The notes beneath the pieces are model-generated. The model had not been told where the DNA came from. It worked only from the letters and a program-made list of their open reading frames with translations, and searched no databases. A stretch of DNA of 64,000 bases from Geosiphon pyriformis uo1 (taxonomy: Eukaryota; Fungi; Glomeromycota). The stretch is from assembly GCA_016748015.1 (NCBI GenBank), contig JAAOMT010000512.1, positions 1,808,893 to 1,872,892 on the forward strand, given 5' to 3'. Positions 35,200 through 49,271 of this stretch are shown piece by piece (positions within the stretch are counted from its first letter, which is position 1; each line of letters starts with the position of its first letter). Position numbers and translations under genes: made by a program.

Positions 35200-35850
35200 A
35201 AATTTTTATAAATTTTTTATTAATATATAATATTATTTTCAATTTATTATTTATTAATTAATTAAATTATTAAATATTATTATTTAATTAATAATTTAAT
35301 TTATAGAATATATAAATATAATTAAATATAAAAATTATAATATATAATATCTTAAATTATATAATATTCAAGAATTTATTAAAATATTTAATAATTTGTT
35401 AAAATATTTAATAGTTTATAACTTATAATTTGCCAAAATATATATTTAATTCATTAAAATATTAACAAAAAAATATATTAAAACTTAAAATAATATTATA
35501 AAAAATACAAAAAAATATATTTTATTAATTTATAAATTAACAAGTTAAAAACAAATATATTACTTAAATTAGTTTTAATAATTTAATAAAATAAATTTTT
35601 ACTTAAAAACAAAATATTTTGCTTTAGAATTTACAATTTTAATTAACAGTTTAAAATTAATTAACTATTAATTTTAATAATAATTTAGTTATTTTAGATT
35701 TAAACAAAAAAATATATTTTTTAATAATAATATATGTTTTTTTATCATATTAAAGAGTTTATAATCGAAATTTTCTGTAATAAAATTGATTTTTATTGTA
35801 AAGTAATTATATATTATTAAAAAATTTATAATTAAAGTAATTACATAAAT
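35200..35850 (+). repeat. Hypermutated relic of a family-1-related Gypsy LTR
   Basis: Colinear blocks with LTR A, e.g. tttaaaattaattaactattaattttaataa vs tttgaaattaattagctaccaatttcagtaa; ttgatttttattgtaaagtaattata vs ttgacttttacagcaaagtaactaca. Confidence 0.7.
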
Positions 35851-36568
35851 TAATTAACATAAAATTAATTATTTTATTATAAATCTAATAGTATAAATAG
35901 TCTAAAAATAGAAAAATACTTTGAAAATAAATTAGCTTATTAAAAATTTAATAGTTTTTAATAATAACAAAATTAATAACAACTTGTTATTAATTGTATT
36001 AGAAAAAAATAACTAAAATTTTAATAATAATATTAAGATTTAAATTATTTAATTTTAAATTATAAAATATTTTTATCTCTTTTTTCAAAATTTTTAAATA
36101 TTGTTTTGTTAATATTAAGTTTTATATTAAAATTTTTACATTTTTAGTTTTTTTTGTTATTTTTATTATTGCTATTATTATTAATTTTGTAATTAATTTT
36201 AAATTGGCTTTTTTGAAATTTGAACTGGCTAAGTTAATTTTATTAATTAAATTTATTGTTAAATTTAATATTTTAGTTTTTATAATAATAAAATTAATTA
36301 ATAATCTTTTTATTTTGTATATCAAATTAAGAAAAATATAATTTGTTTAAAAAAATTGCTAGTAAATTGAATAAAAAAAGTATTAAACTTAAAATAAAGT
36401 ATAAGATTGAAAATAATAATATAAATATTTTAAATATTAATATTAATAAAAATATGTTTGTTTAAATAATAACTTTTAAAATATTAAATACTTAATATTA
36501 AATTAAGTATAAATAAAAAACAATTTTTATTTTAATATTTATTATTATAAAAATTAAAATAGCTTATA

Positions 36569-37425
36569 TTTTTTTTTTAATTCTACTTTTAATGAGTGAA
36601 ACCCAACTGCTATTTAGTACATAGAGCCAAACTAAGTGACCCAAACTAAATGTAATTTACGCACTTACTACATATAGCTAGCCACTCAGGCCAGTCAAGA
36701 CAACACTACACATCTATAATAACACTAACAACACCATTTAGACCAAAAAAAAAACAGCACAGCAAATAATGACTAAAGCTAACAACAAATGATTCGATCA
36801 CACCAAGCATTCTAACCACTCCACCCAACAATACAGAAGAAACATCACGAGACAAACCAGAAACAACTCCACTCTCAGCAACCAAACCAGTTTTCTCCAT
36901 CTGCATCCTGTGCTCAGACCTCACCAACCATGCCCTTACACAATGTAGATCAGCTACAAACCTAACAAAATTGACAACCTCACCAATGGCCTGTTTCTTA
37001 TCATTAAATACACCAGAGTTTTTTCACACCATTTATTTAGCACAAAGCCTTTACACACAATAGAATACAAACCAACATCTAAAGAACAGGCAGACAATGT
37101 TCACAAAACAGCTGAAGACGACAAGTCACAAAGACCTGTCACCAAAATCCAATGAGCAGAAGCCTCAACCAGAACCTTACCACAAATAACAACATCCTGA
37201 GGGCATGTGAAAACATAATCAGAAAATTCCACTTCATCACACAGCAGGCATAATACGTCAGGATAACCCTTATTATACAGTCTTTTTCAAACAGCTACCA
37301 GAAGATATCTGTACACAGCCTTCATCAAATATGAGCACAAGTTCAAAGTTTTCCAACCAGTGAATTCAGCAAACATATAAGAGTCCAGATGCCAAACTTT
37401 TGCAGTAGAAATCCAGTCTATATAC
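36569..37425 (-). mobile_element. LINE copy 4, 3' fragment (divergent subfamily), abutting Gypsy B
   Basis: IDWISTAKVWH, CLLCDEVEFSDYVFTC, ORF 36706..36927, terminal motif TTGGGTTTCACTCATTAA + A-tail. Confidence 0.85.
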
Positions 37426-38435
37426 TGTTACCAAAGATTTTTGGTCTCTTTTCTTGAATGTTGTAAATGTTTATTGGTTGCAAATTCACATTTTCTAGAA
37501 GTAGTTGAACCTCCAATAACTGAATTTATCTTCAAATTATCTTCTATAATTTGAACTTGCTGGGCTTATAAGTGGAATGGCCAATTCTGTGCCAGTTACT
37601 TTATGTAGTTATGTTGTAGTAAACGTCAACTCTTTCTCAGGAATTACTTATCTGGAAGCTCACTAAAATGTGTAGTTACTTTGCTGTGAAAATCAACTCT
37701 TCTACAGAAATCTTGTCTGTAGACTACTCTAATGATTGTAATAAGAAAATACAAGAAAATAAAAGAAATGTAAAAGAAATAGAATTCTGTCAAGGGAAAC
37801 GTTTTCTATCCAAGCCTGAAGTTACTAACAGTTTATTGAAATTGGTAGCTAATCAATTTCGAAATATTAGTTGGGTTTTGGGGATTTTCCAAGTGCAATA
37901 ATTAAAAAATTTGGTTTTTCGAATTATTTAATATTTATTTTTTTTTGTGTGTATAGAAACGATTCTAAGGGATAAATCTAAAGTAAGATACATTTTTTTG
38001 AAGAGAAAAGCTCTTCTTTTATACAACTTGTTGTAGTACTAGTCTATAAACTTGCACTTTTTCTCTTTGCTCAAATTTTGGCAAACTAAAGATACATTTT
38101 GATAAACTACAAGTTATTTTGCTGAACTATTGATTAATTTGGGTGAACTATTTATAATTTCAGTAAATTTCTGTAAATTTCGGCAAATTTCTTATAAATT
38201 TTGGCAAATTTCTGTAAATTTCGGCAAATTTTAGAATATTACAAAGTTCAGAATATTGTGTAATTTGATTATTTTACTTTCTGTTGTACTAATTGGATTA
38301 TTAATTGAATCATAATAGGTGATAAATTGATTAAATAATAAGTAATAATTTGAAATAATATTAATATACTAATTAATTATAGGGATTATAAGGGTGATTT
38401 CATGCTAATTACTAGCTAAAATTCTATTGTTAACA
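37426..38435 (-). repeat. 3' LTR of copy B
   Basis: TGTTACC...TAACA; PPT adjacent (38439-38448). Confidence 0.95.
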
Positions 38436-39122
38436 TAATCTTCTCCTCAAGACTGAGCTCCATCGAAGTTCAAGCACTATCTGTAATATTGAGATAGTGA
38501 TCCAAAATAATTGAAGTAATCTGGTCTGAAAATTGTTGAAATTTCAGTTCTGTGAGTTTGCCAATGTATTGGATTTTCATTGGTTGCAGTATTGGATTTT
38601 GTAGAATATTTTCACAAGTATTAAACAAATCATAGAGTCTAAAAGCTGCTCTAAGTTTGTAGCAAATGTTTATTGGTCTAGCTGCTGTTTTGAATTTATT
38701 GTGAATTTGTTTTTGTATAGCTTCAGGAGTGAGATTTGTTGCTTCAAGTTCCAGTTTTCATTCATAAAATGTCTTTTCAATGTGAAAGTATTTATAGATA
38801 GGAGTGTGTTCATTGTTCTGTTTATTGAAGAGTAGTAAAAGTTTTTGTTGCATTGTAGCATTTGGTGAAATGTCAATAAGAGCAATTAAAAAATTTTCTT
38901 TCAGTGCTTGCTTCAAAAGTCTTAGTAACCTATTTTCAGAGTGACTTCTTGTTTTTTTCTATAAGAGTAATAGTTCTGTGAATGATTTGCTATTGGGGCT
39001 GTGGTTTCTTTCTGAATATAATTAATTTGACTTCCATTAATCATTATGAATAAGTCAGGAAGTGTTTTCAAGGCTAACATTAACTTTTGGGATATTTGTT
39101 GAATATTTCGGGGAATAATCAT
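38416..39122 (-). pseudogene. ORF3 of copy B (frameshifted, with stops)
   Basis: MIIPRNIQQISQKLMLALK... closely matches 4292..4999. Confidence 0.8.
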
Positions 39123-39267
39123 GATAAAATTGACTAATTATGAAAAGAGAGAATAAAAAAAATTATTTTTGGGATATGGGGTTTTTATTTGTTTTTGGGT
39201 TTGGGTGTTTTTGTAATTTATTTACTATTTTTGTCTTTGTGTTTTTATTAAAGAATTATTGTAAAAT

Positions 39268-40653
39268 TTAAGTGTTCAAGTTTGATTGTTGTTCTATTAT
39301 AATTATTGGTTCTAAATTTTGGAGAATATCTTCAGGATTAATTAAAGGGGAATGTGTACCAATTTGTGAAATTAATGGTTCAGGATTGTTTCTGGAATGA
39401 TAGTGTTTCAATTTGTCTCCATGTGCAACTTTTGCTAGTATTTTGTCATTAAGTCTTAACTTGTATGATCCATTGTCTAGAATTTCGTAAATATAAAATG
39501 GTTCATCCCATTTATTTTCAAATTTCCCACTCCATTGTTTTTCAATCTTAGTTCTGTGTAAAAGAACTTTATTTCCAACTTTAAATTTGTTGGTAATAGG
39601 TGGTAATTTGTTGTTATGTTTTTCTTTTTGTTGAGCTTGGGAATGTTTAATATGAATTGCTGCTATTCTTCTTTTTCCTTCTAGTGTACTAAAAAGAGTA
39701 TAGGCTCTTCTTTGGAGTGTTTCTTGAAAGTTTTTTTCATTGATTGGTTGCACTGGGTATGTTTCTACTGTGAAATTAATTGGTAATGTTGCTGTCCTTC
39801 CATAAGTAAAATCAAATGGTGTGTGTTTCATAGTATTTTGTTTTAGCATTTTCTATGCTAGTAACACTGATAGAATAAAGATATCCCATTCCTGCTCAAA
39901 GTCTGTTGAGACTTTGGCTAAAGATTCACACAATGTTCTGTTAAAACGTTCTACAAGTTCATTTGTTTGAGAGTGATAAGGTAATGATAGAGGTCTTTTG
40001 ACATTAAACTGTTCACAAATTTTTTGTATCAAGTTGTTTACAAAATGTGTTCCTTAATCAGATAAGAGTTCAATTGGGCATCCATGTCTACAGATAATGT
40101 CTTCATAGATGAAATTTTCTACTGATTTTGCATCTGCTCTTTGAATGACTTTAGCTTCAGGCCATTTGGTAAGATAATTTACTGCAACTGCAATATAATG
40201 ATTTTCTTGGATTGTAATAGATAATGGTCCAACTAAATTAATTCCAACTTTGTCAAAAGGTTGTTCAACTTTGATTGGATTTAAAGGTTCTGTGGAGTGA
40301 GTTCCTCCTCTTCTTTGACAACTATCACAAGATTCTATATATTGTCGAATGTCTTTTTACATATGAGGCCAAAAATGATGTTCAAGAGTTTTTTGAATTG
40401 TTCCATCTCTTCCCAAGTGTGCTGAAGACGGATCTGTGTGCATGTTGTATAAAATTGTTTCTTTTTCATTCTCTTGTACTAATCTGAGTGGTTGGTTTGG
40501 ATTTCTGTGATTTTTGTAATATATTTTGTTATGATGTATAAAATATTGTTTGAATTGGTGTTGTAATCAATGTTTTTCACTTGGAGACCAATTTTCCGGC
40601 ATGGTGAGAGTCTCCAAATAGTTTTTGATGTTGTTGTAGTTATCTAGATCCAT
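39268..40653 (-). pseudogene. Integrase of copy B, own ATG
   Basis: MHTDPSSAH..CDSCQ, YLTKWPEA, ORF 39268..39849. Confidence 0.92.
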
Positions 40654-40720
40654 TGTTGTTGATCTTGTTGTTTGTTCTGCTGTTAAGTTTGTTGGTGTTT
40701 TGTTGGTGTTAATGTTGGTA

Positions 40721-43700
40721 TTAATATTGTTTTATTCTTGAAAGACTATCAATATTGGTGTGTAGTTTTCCTGGTTTGTGATGTACAATGTATCTGTAGT
40801 CTACTAAGAAGTCATTCCATCAAGACTGTTTGGCACTTTGTTCAGTTTTCTTTTTATTAAGCCATTTAAGGCCAATATTGTCCATTATTATGTCAAATTT
40901 TTTTCCATTCTTCAGATATTGTTGAAAATGTTTAAGAGCCCAAATGACTGCAGCAGCTTCTAATTCAGTTGAGCCATATTTTAGTTCTGTTGGTTTGAGT
41001 GTTCTACTAGCATAAGTGATGACTTGTTCTTGCCCATTTTCATCTACTTGTGATAAGATGGCACCAAATACTATGTGTGAAGCATCAGTGGCTAATTGGA
41101 ACTATTTGTTGAAGTCTGGGTAAGCAAAAACTGGAGCTGTTGTCAATTTTGTTTTGAGCATTTCAAAAGCTTTTTGTTGTTCTTCAGTTCATTTGTATGG
41201 CACGTTTTTGTTGGTAAGATAATTGAGTAGTTTGGCAATTTTTAAGAATTTTTTTATGAATTTCCGATAATAAGAGGCTAATCCTACAAATCCTCTTAGT
41301 TCTGTAGTATTTCTGGAGGTTTGAAAGTTTTTGACAGCACTGATTGTTCTTGAATTTGGTTTGACTCCATCTTTACTAACTATGTGTCTAAGAAAGATCA
41401 AGCTTGTTTTTCTAAAGTAATATTTCTCAATGTTTAACTTTAATCTTGCTTTCTGTAATCATTGAAAAACTTCTTACAGGTGAATGAGGTGGGCTTCAAA
41501 GCTTGGTGAGTATACATTAGTATCATCAAGATAGACAACTACTAATTGCCACAAGAGCCCTTTATAGACAACATCCATGAGTTACTGAAATGTTGCTGGT
41601 GTATTGCAGAGTCTAAAAGACATAATATTGAATTCATAGTTTCCTCCTTGAGTGGTAAATACTGTTTTGGGTCCATTTCGACTTGCCAGTATCCACTTTC
41701 TAGGTCTAAAGTTGAGAAAAACTTGGCTTTTCCTAGAGCATTTAATATGTCATCAATTCTTGGAAGAGGGTAGATATCTCCAATTATAACACTATTCAAT
41801 TGTTTATAATCAACACAGAATCTGATTTTTCCATTTTTCTTTTTAACTAAAACTACTGGTGAGGCCCAAGGACTTCTTGATGGTTGAATCAATCCGTTAT
41901 TGAGTATTCTTTGGACCTTTTCTTTGATGAATTGGTGGTTGGCAGGTGGCACTTGATAAGCTTGTTGACATTTTGGTGAAGCATTTCTTATATGGATCTG
42001 ATGTTGAACAATGTTCGTTTTTCCCAAGTCATTGTTGTCTTTTGCAAATATATCTGCAAATTCAGCTATCAATTGTTTCAATTGTCTTTGTTGTTAAGGT
42101 TCTAAGGAACCCATGTTGATTCGAGAGAGTTTTTCTTTCAAAAAGTGGTAGTTTTCAGTAGTGGGAATGATATTTGGATTTGGGAGTAGAGTGTGCTTTA
42201 CAATTTCGATGAAATTAGAGACAATTTGAGAGTTTTCATCTTGAAAATATTGCTGTGTATAATTCCAATCTCCAGTTTGTTTAATAAGACAATAGAGTAA
42301 TTATTGGGGTTGTAAAATATAACTCGAAATTTTTTTATTCCTTTGGGAATATAAACGTTTGAAATTGAGATTTCATGCTTCAAACAGATTTGTTCATTGA
42401 ATTCAAAGATTTGTTGTGTAGTGGTGGGTTTTAAGCAAGTGTAAATTTCGTGATGTTCTCCAAAAAGTGAAATGGTAATTGGCTGGGGAAGTTGAAAAAT
42501 CTGGTGAGATTCATTTTGTGTATTAAGAGCTATGTTTACTGGAACTGTAAATTGTCCAGTTAAACCAAAACCTTGAGTTTCTCTTTCACTTTTTCCCAAT
42601 TGTTCTCTGTTGTTTACTGATTGTAAACCCGAAATGTTGATTAAAGGTAAGTAAATTGCTTGAGCAATTTTTTTAGCATGTTCAATTTTGAATAGTTTGT
42701 TTGTTTTATTCTATATCATAATGGTAATGTCTCCAGTGTATTCTGCATCTATAACTCCTCCTCTAATATTGATTCCTTTGCTTGCCAATGATGATCTGGA
42801 GGCAATTTGAACCATTGCTCCTGGTAGAATTTCAAGAGCAATTTTGAGATTAATTTTTGTCAAAGACTTTGGTTGGAGAACCAAAGTATCTTTTTCTGGG
42901 TATCTTAGGTCATATCCAGCATCAATTCGTGTGCTTTTTCTGGTCTGATTCCTTGGCCATGGTTGTCAAAATATTTAAGTTGTAGAGATGGTTGCTTTTC
43001 AAGAAGATAGATGGAGGTGGTTGGTAGTTCTTTTACTAGTTTAGATACTCCAAATTCGATTTTATTTTCATCATTCTCATCTGGCAGAAGAATGCTAAGA
43101 GCATAACATTCTAAACACCATTGGTTATTACAAGGCATAACACATTCTTTACACAATTGAATGTTTATTTACTCTAATCATTGAATTTGAGCTTTTTTGG
43201 TCAGATATATGTGGCTTGCAATTTGGTGGTAGGTTTTTACTTCATCTTCGTAATCAAATCCAGCTAATTCCATAGTATACTCAATGTATTCAGCTTCTTT
43301 CATTTGGCAGATATCTTCTTGAGTGGCTCTATTGATCAATGCTATTGCTAAATCAAAAATCATTTCAGCATCATAAAGATAATGGTAAAGTTTATTGAGA
43401 GCACTGTTGTATGCTGCATCAAATGGTGTTCTTTTTCTGACTTTTTCCGAAATTGATAGAGCATATTGACAGGTCTAATCACATACTTCTCCTTTCATTG
43501 CTACATCAATCCAATTGCATTCTTCTGGTAGTCTTTCTCTACAAGTAAGGCAAGGAGTTTTGTCCTATTTTCCACTTCTCTTTGGGGATTCAAATCATTC
43601 TTTGTGGCATGCCTTGCAAAAGTAACAAGTGCAAGTTTCATATTCCTCTTCTGGGGAAATACAGGCTCCCATAGATAAAAGCTTTTTTTTGCAATCTTTG

Positions 43701-46323
43701 CATTTTAGTGGAATGTATGGTGGTTTTTTTCGTGGTTCTGGTGTGGAATATTTAACTTTCTTCTATCCTTTTGATTCTTCGAAAATCTCTTGTTCTGTTT
43801 CCTCAGCCCAATTGGATGGTGATTCAAGAGCCATGTAGGTTTTAGTGAGTGGCATTTTCTCCTCTTCTTCAAATTCAAATACTAGAGCTTTTTTTGATCA
43901 TTTGTTAAAGGTACTACAGGTTGCAGGTACTATGGTATATTGTCCTTGGTATGAGATTTTAAGTTCTTGAGTTTCCCAGTTCAAGTTTGCATTGGCCTTA
44001 AGAAGCCAATCATTTCTGACTAGAGCTTGGTATTGGGGTGCATCTATAACAAGAACTTTAATTGAAATGGTTATTCCATCAATTGTAAAAGCGAAATCAT
44101 CAATTTCTCCTACTAGAGTCTTCTTCATATCATCAGCTGTGACAATAACTGTTTGAGCTGGTCTGTCTACGTTTCATTTGAGTTGTTGCATCAGCTGGTA
44201 AGTGATGATACTTCCAGTCAATCTACTATCTAAGATTAAGCAAATGGGTTTTCTTTCCACTGTAGCTTCTGTGTATATAGCAGTAATTGCTTTCTGTTCA
44301 TTGACTGCTGCATTACTAAGCAGAAATAGTAATTCATTTGCTTCAAATTCAAATGGAAATATATTTGACAGATTGGCATTTTGGGCAATTTAAGCTAGTG
44401 GAATGGTGTGGTTGAAAGAGTTTGATCTTGGTACTGCAACTTCATCTTTAGAAAGTACAGTTTGTTGAAAATCCGATTCCTCTGGTATTGTAAGATAACT
44501 GGGTTGAGTGTGATAGTGATTGGGTCTTTGCTGACCAGAATTTTGGAGAACCAACTGGTTATTTGAATTGATTCTGTTGTTGTTACTCTGCAATTGATTT
44601 TGGAATGTGAATTGGTTATGTTGAACCAATTTTCTTGCTGGTACTTGATATTGTTGAGTGAGTAGTGTCTGAAATTGCTGAATTGGTAAAAGTTGCTGAT
44701 ATTGTTGTTGAATTGGTTGTGGAGCTGGTTAATAATAGCTGTTTTGAATTTGTGGTCTTGGTGAATAATAAGTTGGTGGTGAGAGTTGGTAATAAGATTG
44801 TTGTAGTAAAGAGTAACATTGATTACTTCTGTTTTGTTGGTCTCTTTGTAGTTTCCTACAATCTTGTTTCCAGTGTCCTGGAATTCCACAATAGTGACAA
44901 TTTTGAGGTTGGTTGTTGGATGGTGGTCCAAAGTTGTTTTGGTTGTATCACTATAGTGGTTGATATTTTTGGGGTTGTTGCTGTTGTTGTTGTTGATTTG
45001 TAAAATAACTTTCAACCTTCTTTGTGAGTTGGTTTATTTTTTCTTCAGCTGCTGAGCTGGTTTTTCCAATAGCCAAGTTAACAAGTTTGGTGTGGTTTGC
45101 TTCTTCTATAGCCATTTTATAATTTTTTGCATGTCTAATGGCAGTTGCTAAATCTGCTGGAGCATGTGGATGGACTTTTTTAATCAGTTTGTTTTTTAAC
45201 CCTGCTATAAACTGATCCAGAATTTGAGCATTAGAATAGTAGTTATTGGTTTTCAATTGTCGGATTCGTTTGAGAAGTTTGTTAAATCTTCCAAAATAAG
45301 TCATAACAGTTTCAGATGTTTCTTGTTTAATATTGCGAAAGTGGTTTCTGAGAGTAATAGAGATATTGTTGTTGGTAAATTGTTGTAGAAAAGCATCTTT
45401 GAATGCTTGCCAGTTTTCAAATGGTTCTTCTAAATTTTCAAACCATTTTCCTGCTGTTCCTTAGAGAAAGTAGGAAATTGCTTTAAGCATTCTTGCTGCA
45501 ATCCAACTATTTGCATCTTCTGCTTTTTGAACTTTGTCAAGCCATTCTTGAGGACTGGTATCATTATCTTCACTCGTGAATTCTGAAATCTTTGCAATGT
45601 AAGCAGTTGCCATTTTCTCTTTGTTTTTTGTGGCTTCTCCTTGTTCTGATTCAGTTTCTTCACTTTCCAAATTTTCTGAATGATCACTTTCGTTTTTCTG
45701 CAAGTATTTAATAATATTGGTGCTTGTTGATATAGGTTTTTGCTGTTGAGTAAGATTTCTAGATAACTGAAAATCTTCTGGTCTGGAGAAATGGTTAAGT
45801 AGTGAATTTGGTGTTTGTGGTCGAGCAAGTGAAATTAGAAATAGTGTAATAGAAAGTGGTAATTTGACACTGGTTCCTTGTTTAGGTGTTTGCAAGTGTT
45901 TGGCAGTTGTTTTTAGTAGTATTGGAGTGTTTGGAGCGGTTTTTGAGTGTTGTTTTACTTTTTGTTTGCCTTTGTTGCCTGTTTTTGTTTCTGATTTAAA
46001 GTCAAAAGAATATTTAAACTGTACTGGGTATTTTTCTTCACAATACTTGATAATGTTGTAATTGAGTTCTTGAAAGTAAGTGGCAAGTGTTTTACTGTTA
46101 AGGTCTTTAGTTTTCAATCGTGAATAGTGTACTAGATTATTGTAGAGATTGTTTCTCACTTCTGAAATGTTGTAATTTCCAAGAAGATAATTGTTGATAT
46201 GGTTTTCAATGTATTGGTAGAGTGTTTTTTCAACAATTTCAATTCCGTCTGGGATGTTGAATCTCTGCTTGCAATAGATGTAAATTGACTGATAATACTT
46301 TAAAGTTGTTGTGTCTGGTATGG
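40721..46323 (-). pseudogene. gag-PR-Cys-rich-dUTPase-RT-RNaseH polyprotein of copy B
   Basis: ORF fragments 45461..46441, 44951..45304, 43898..44128, 42198..42599, 41542..42081, 41189..41401; stop ...SRIKQY-TAA 40721-40723; start probably ATG>ATA. Confidence 0.9.
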
Positions 46324-46360
46324 TTACCACTTTGAAGTTTGTTGTTTGCTGTGTTATTTC

Positions 46361-46375
46361 TGTGGGAGAACACCA
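46361..46375 (-). promoter_or_regulatory. Primer binding site of copy B
   Basis: TGGTGTTCTCCCACA 2 nt inside the 5' LTR; differs from the copy C PBS. Confidence 0.8.
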
Positions 46376-46377
46376 AA

Positions 46378-47380
46378 TGTTACCAGAGGTTTTTGGTCTC
46401 TTTTCTTGAATGTTGTAAATGTCTGTTGGTTGCAAATTCATGTTTTCTAGAAGTAATTAAACCTCCAGTAACTGAATTTATCTTCAAATTATCTTCTATA
46501 ATTTGAACTGCTGGGCTTATAAGTGGAATGGCCAATTTCTTGCCAGTTACTTTATGTAGTTACATTGTAGTAAATATCAACTCTTTCCCAGGAATTACTC
46601 ATCTGGAAGCTCACTAAAAATGTGTAGTTATTTTGCTGTGAAAGTCAACTTTTCTACAGGAATTTTGTCTGTAGGCTACCCTAATGATTATAATAAGAAA
46701 ATAAAAGAAATGTAAAAGAAATAGAATTCTGTCAAGAGAAACGTTTTCTATTCAGGCCTGGAGTCATTAACAGTCTACTGAAATTGGTAGCTAATCAATT
46801 TCAAAATGTTAATTGGGTTTTGGGGATTTTCCAAGTGCAATAATTAAAAAATATGGTTTTTTCAAATTATTTAATATTTATTTCTTTTTTTTTTTGTGTA
46901 AGAATGGTTCTAAGTAATAAATTTAAAGTAAGATACATTTTTTTGAAAAAAAAAGCTTTTTTTTTATACAACTTGTTATAGTACTAGTCTATGAACTTGC
47001 ACTTTTCCTCTTTGCTCAAATTTCAGCAAACTAAAGATACATTTTGATGAACTACAAGTTATTTCGCTGAACTATTGATTAATTTGGATGAACTATTCAT
47101 AATTTTGGCGAATTTCTATAAATTTCGGCGAATTTCATATAAATTTTGACGAATTTCTGTAAATTTTGGCGAATTTTAGAATGTTACAAAGTTCAAAGTA
47201 TTGTGTAATTTGATCATCTTACTTTCTGTTGTACTAATTGGATTATTAATTAAATCGTAATATATGATAAATTGATTAAATAATAAGTGATAATTTGGAT
47301 TAATATTAACATGTTAATTACTGATAGGAATTATAAGGATAATTTCATGCTAATTAATAGCTAAAATTTTACTGATAACA
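46378..47380 (-). repeat. 5' LTR of copy B
   Basis: Direct repeat of 37426-38435; TGTTACCAG...CTGATAACA. Confidence 0.95.
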
Positions 47381-49271
47381 ATGTTTAAATTTGCAGGTTT
47401 TTAGTTAATTGTCTGTGTATCTATTGTGTTAACTTATCAGATTGTATATTAATTCCAGGAATAATTTTTTAGTCAGGATTGTTAAAATTTTTTTATTTTG
47501 TGGCTTGTTTTTTTCTGATGTTCTGTCAAATGTTTTTCATTTTTCTGGTAGAACACTGATGTTTGAAGTTTTTAAACATGGTGTTTTTTTTAAAATAGTT
47601 TGCTTTTTGAGACAGTATAGAATAGCTTTCATGAAGCAACTGTTTAACAGAAATTATAAGTGTTTTAATTGAAAATGTTTTAAGTATTGAAAACATCTAG
47701 ATCCATAGAGACCTGTGCTAATATGATTTAGCTTGACTGTTCAGTTTTTGAGTAGCAGATTACCTGCAACTGATAACATATCTTATCTTTCTGATGACTA
47801 TTTTCATAATTCCATTATGACTAATTTAGTTAGTGAGACTAAAAACATTCTGTTAAGTTCTGGTTTAAATTCTTTTAATATATACATGAATAGTTCTGTA
47901 AAGTTTCTTGGTTCTACTTTGGTTGTTGCAGAAGCTGTTGCATTTTATGCTGATGTTGATGTTAATATTAGAACAAAAGTTCATAATATTATGTTATCAA
48001 CTTTGACTGAATTTAAGACTATCACTCTTGTGCTTGCTTGTGTTTTTTTAAGAAGCAATATAGTTATTTATTCAGACAATTAAACTGTTATCTCTGCTTA
48101 TATTGATGAGTTAGGTTTAGCTTTGCTGAATTTTAGAAAGCACTTGTAAATAGAAAGATGTCAGATTATAAATTTTATTAATAAAAATTTGCTTATAGTG
48201 TCTTGAGTTAAAGTCAAAAAACATTTTGGTATACTGGAAAATAAACATGCAGATATACTTGTATCTAATGTATACTATTATAATACAATCTTCTCTATCT
48301 TTATTAGTAAATATTTTGTATGATCTGGTAATTTGGCATTGTTTTGCAATATTCATTACTATATTAGAAATTTTTATTGAGTGCTGTATTGAGCTAAATA
48401 GGAAGTTAAATTTGGTTCTAAAATAAGAAGTTATTGTGATATCAACAAGATAAATTGAAAAAAAACTTTTGAGATTTAGCATTCTAATGGATATATGGCT
48501 TCTGGTTTTACAAACTAACTGTTGGCTTCTCTATAGACTTACTTCATAAAAGTATTGTATAGGCATTTGCCAGTGGCTGTCCAGAAGCATATGTACTGTG
48601 GTTCTTATCTAAGTGTAAAGTGTTTGTTTTGTAATATGATTGATACTTCTGATCATGCTTTTGAGTGCTTTTATAATGAGGTGACTTGTGATAAAATTTT
48701 GATCAAGTTTAAAGAAAAGTAATCATTACTGTCAAATATTGTTGCTTTTTTTTTGTGATTATTCAAGATTTCTTTTCTTGTGTATATGATGTTAATTTTT
48801 AATTAACTCTAGCAAAAAGTTTCATATCTGTTAGTTGATATCATAAAATTTTAGGTGTTTTTAGTAATTTTGGACTGATAGATATAGAGATAGTGTTCTT
48901 TGTTAGGGATTTAATATTAGCTTACAGATCTAAGATATAGTACAGCATATCTAAATACTGGATCTATATAAAAAAATGAAACTTATAATTATTAATAACA
49001 GTGTAACATATACTAATAATAAAAGTGTTGATAATTTGGATGGTAATATAATTGTGTTACTTAATATAAATAAAATTAAGAACATGTATTCTGGTTTGTG
49101 ATCTTAATGTTTAATGTTTTCAGGTTTAAATAATGATATGTCAATGATAATAAATTTGTAGTGTAGTCTAAACTGGTCTGAATAACTGATTATATGTAAA
49201 AAGTGCATGAATTATGTTATATGTTTCTAGATAGTAATTAAGCCATATTTATTAAACCAAATAAAAAAAAA
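47381..49271 (+). mobile_element. LINE copy 5, 3' portion, heavily degenerate (RNase H, CCHC, 3' UTR, A-tail)
   Basis: INSRNNFLVRIVKIF, IYMNSS..STLTEFKTI..YSDN (RNase H), CLFCNMIDTSDHAFEC; 3' UTR gtaaaaagtgcatgaattatg; A-run ~49263-49271. Confidence 0.8.

Larger units (their letters stand above)
37426..47380 (-). mobile_element. Full-length Ty3/Gypsy family 1 copy B (~9.95 kb), degenerate, no clear TSD
   Basis: LTRs 37426-38435 and 46378-47380; PBS; gag knuckle CHYCGIPGHWKQDC; LILDS protease; dUTPase; RT (VYLDD); RH; IN; ORF3. Confidence 0.97.

Noticed and set aside
36122-36325. I/K/N-rich ORF, possibly a relic retroelement protease
   Set aside because: Composition reflects extreme AT content; similarity too weak to call by eye
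45461-46441. gag ORF apparently starting inside the 5' LTR
   Set aside because: Alternative-start artefact crossing the LTR and PBS; homology with copy C suggests a start near 46323
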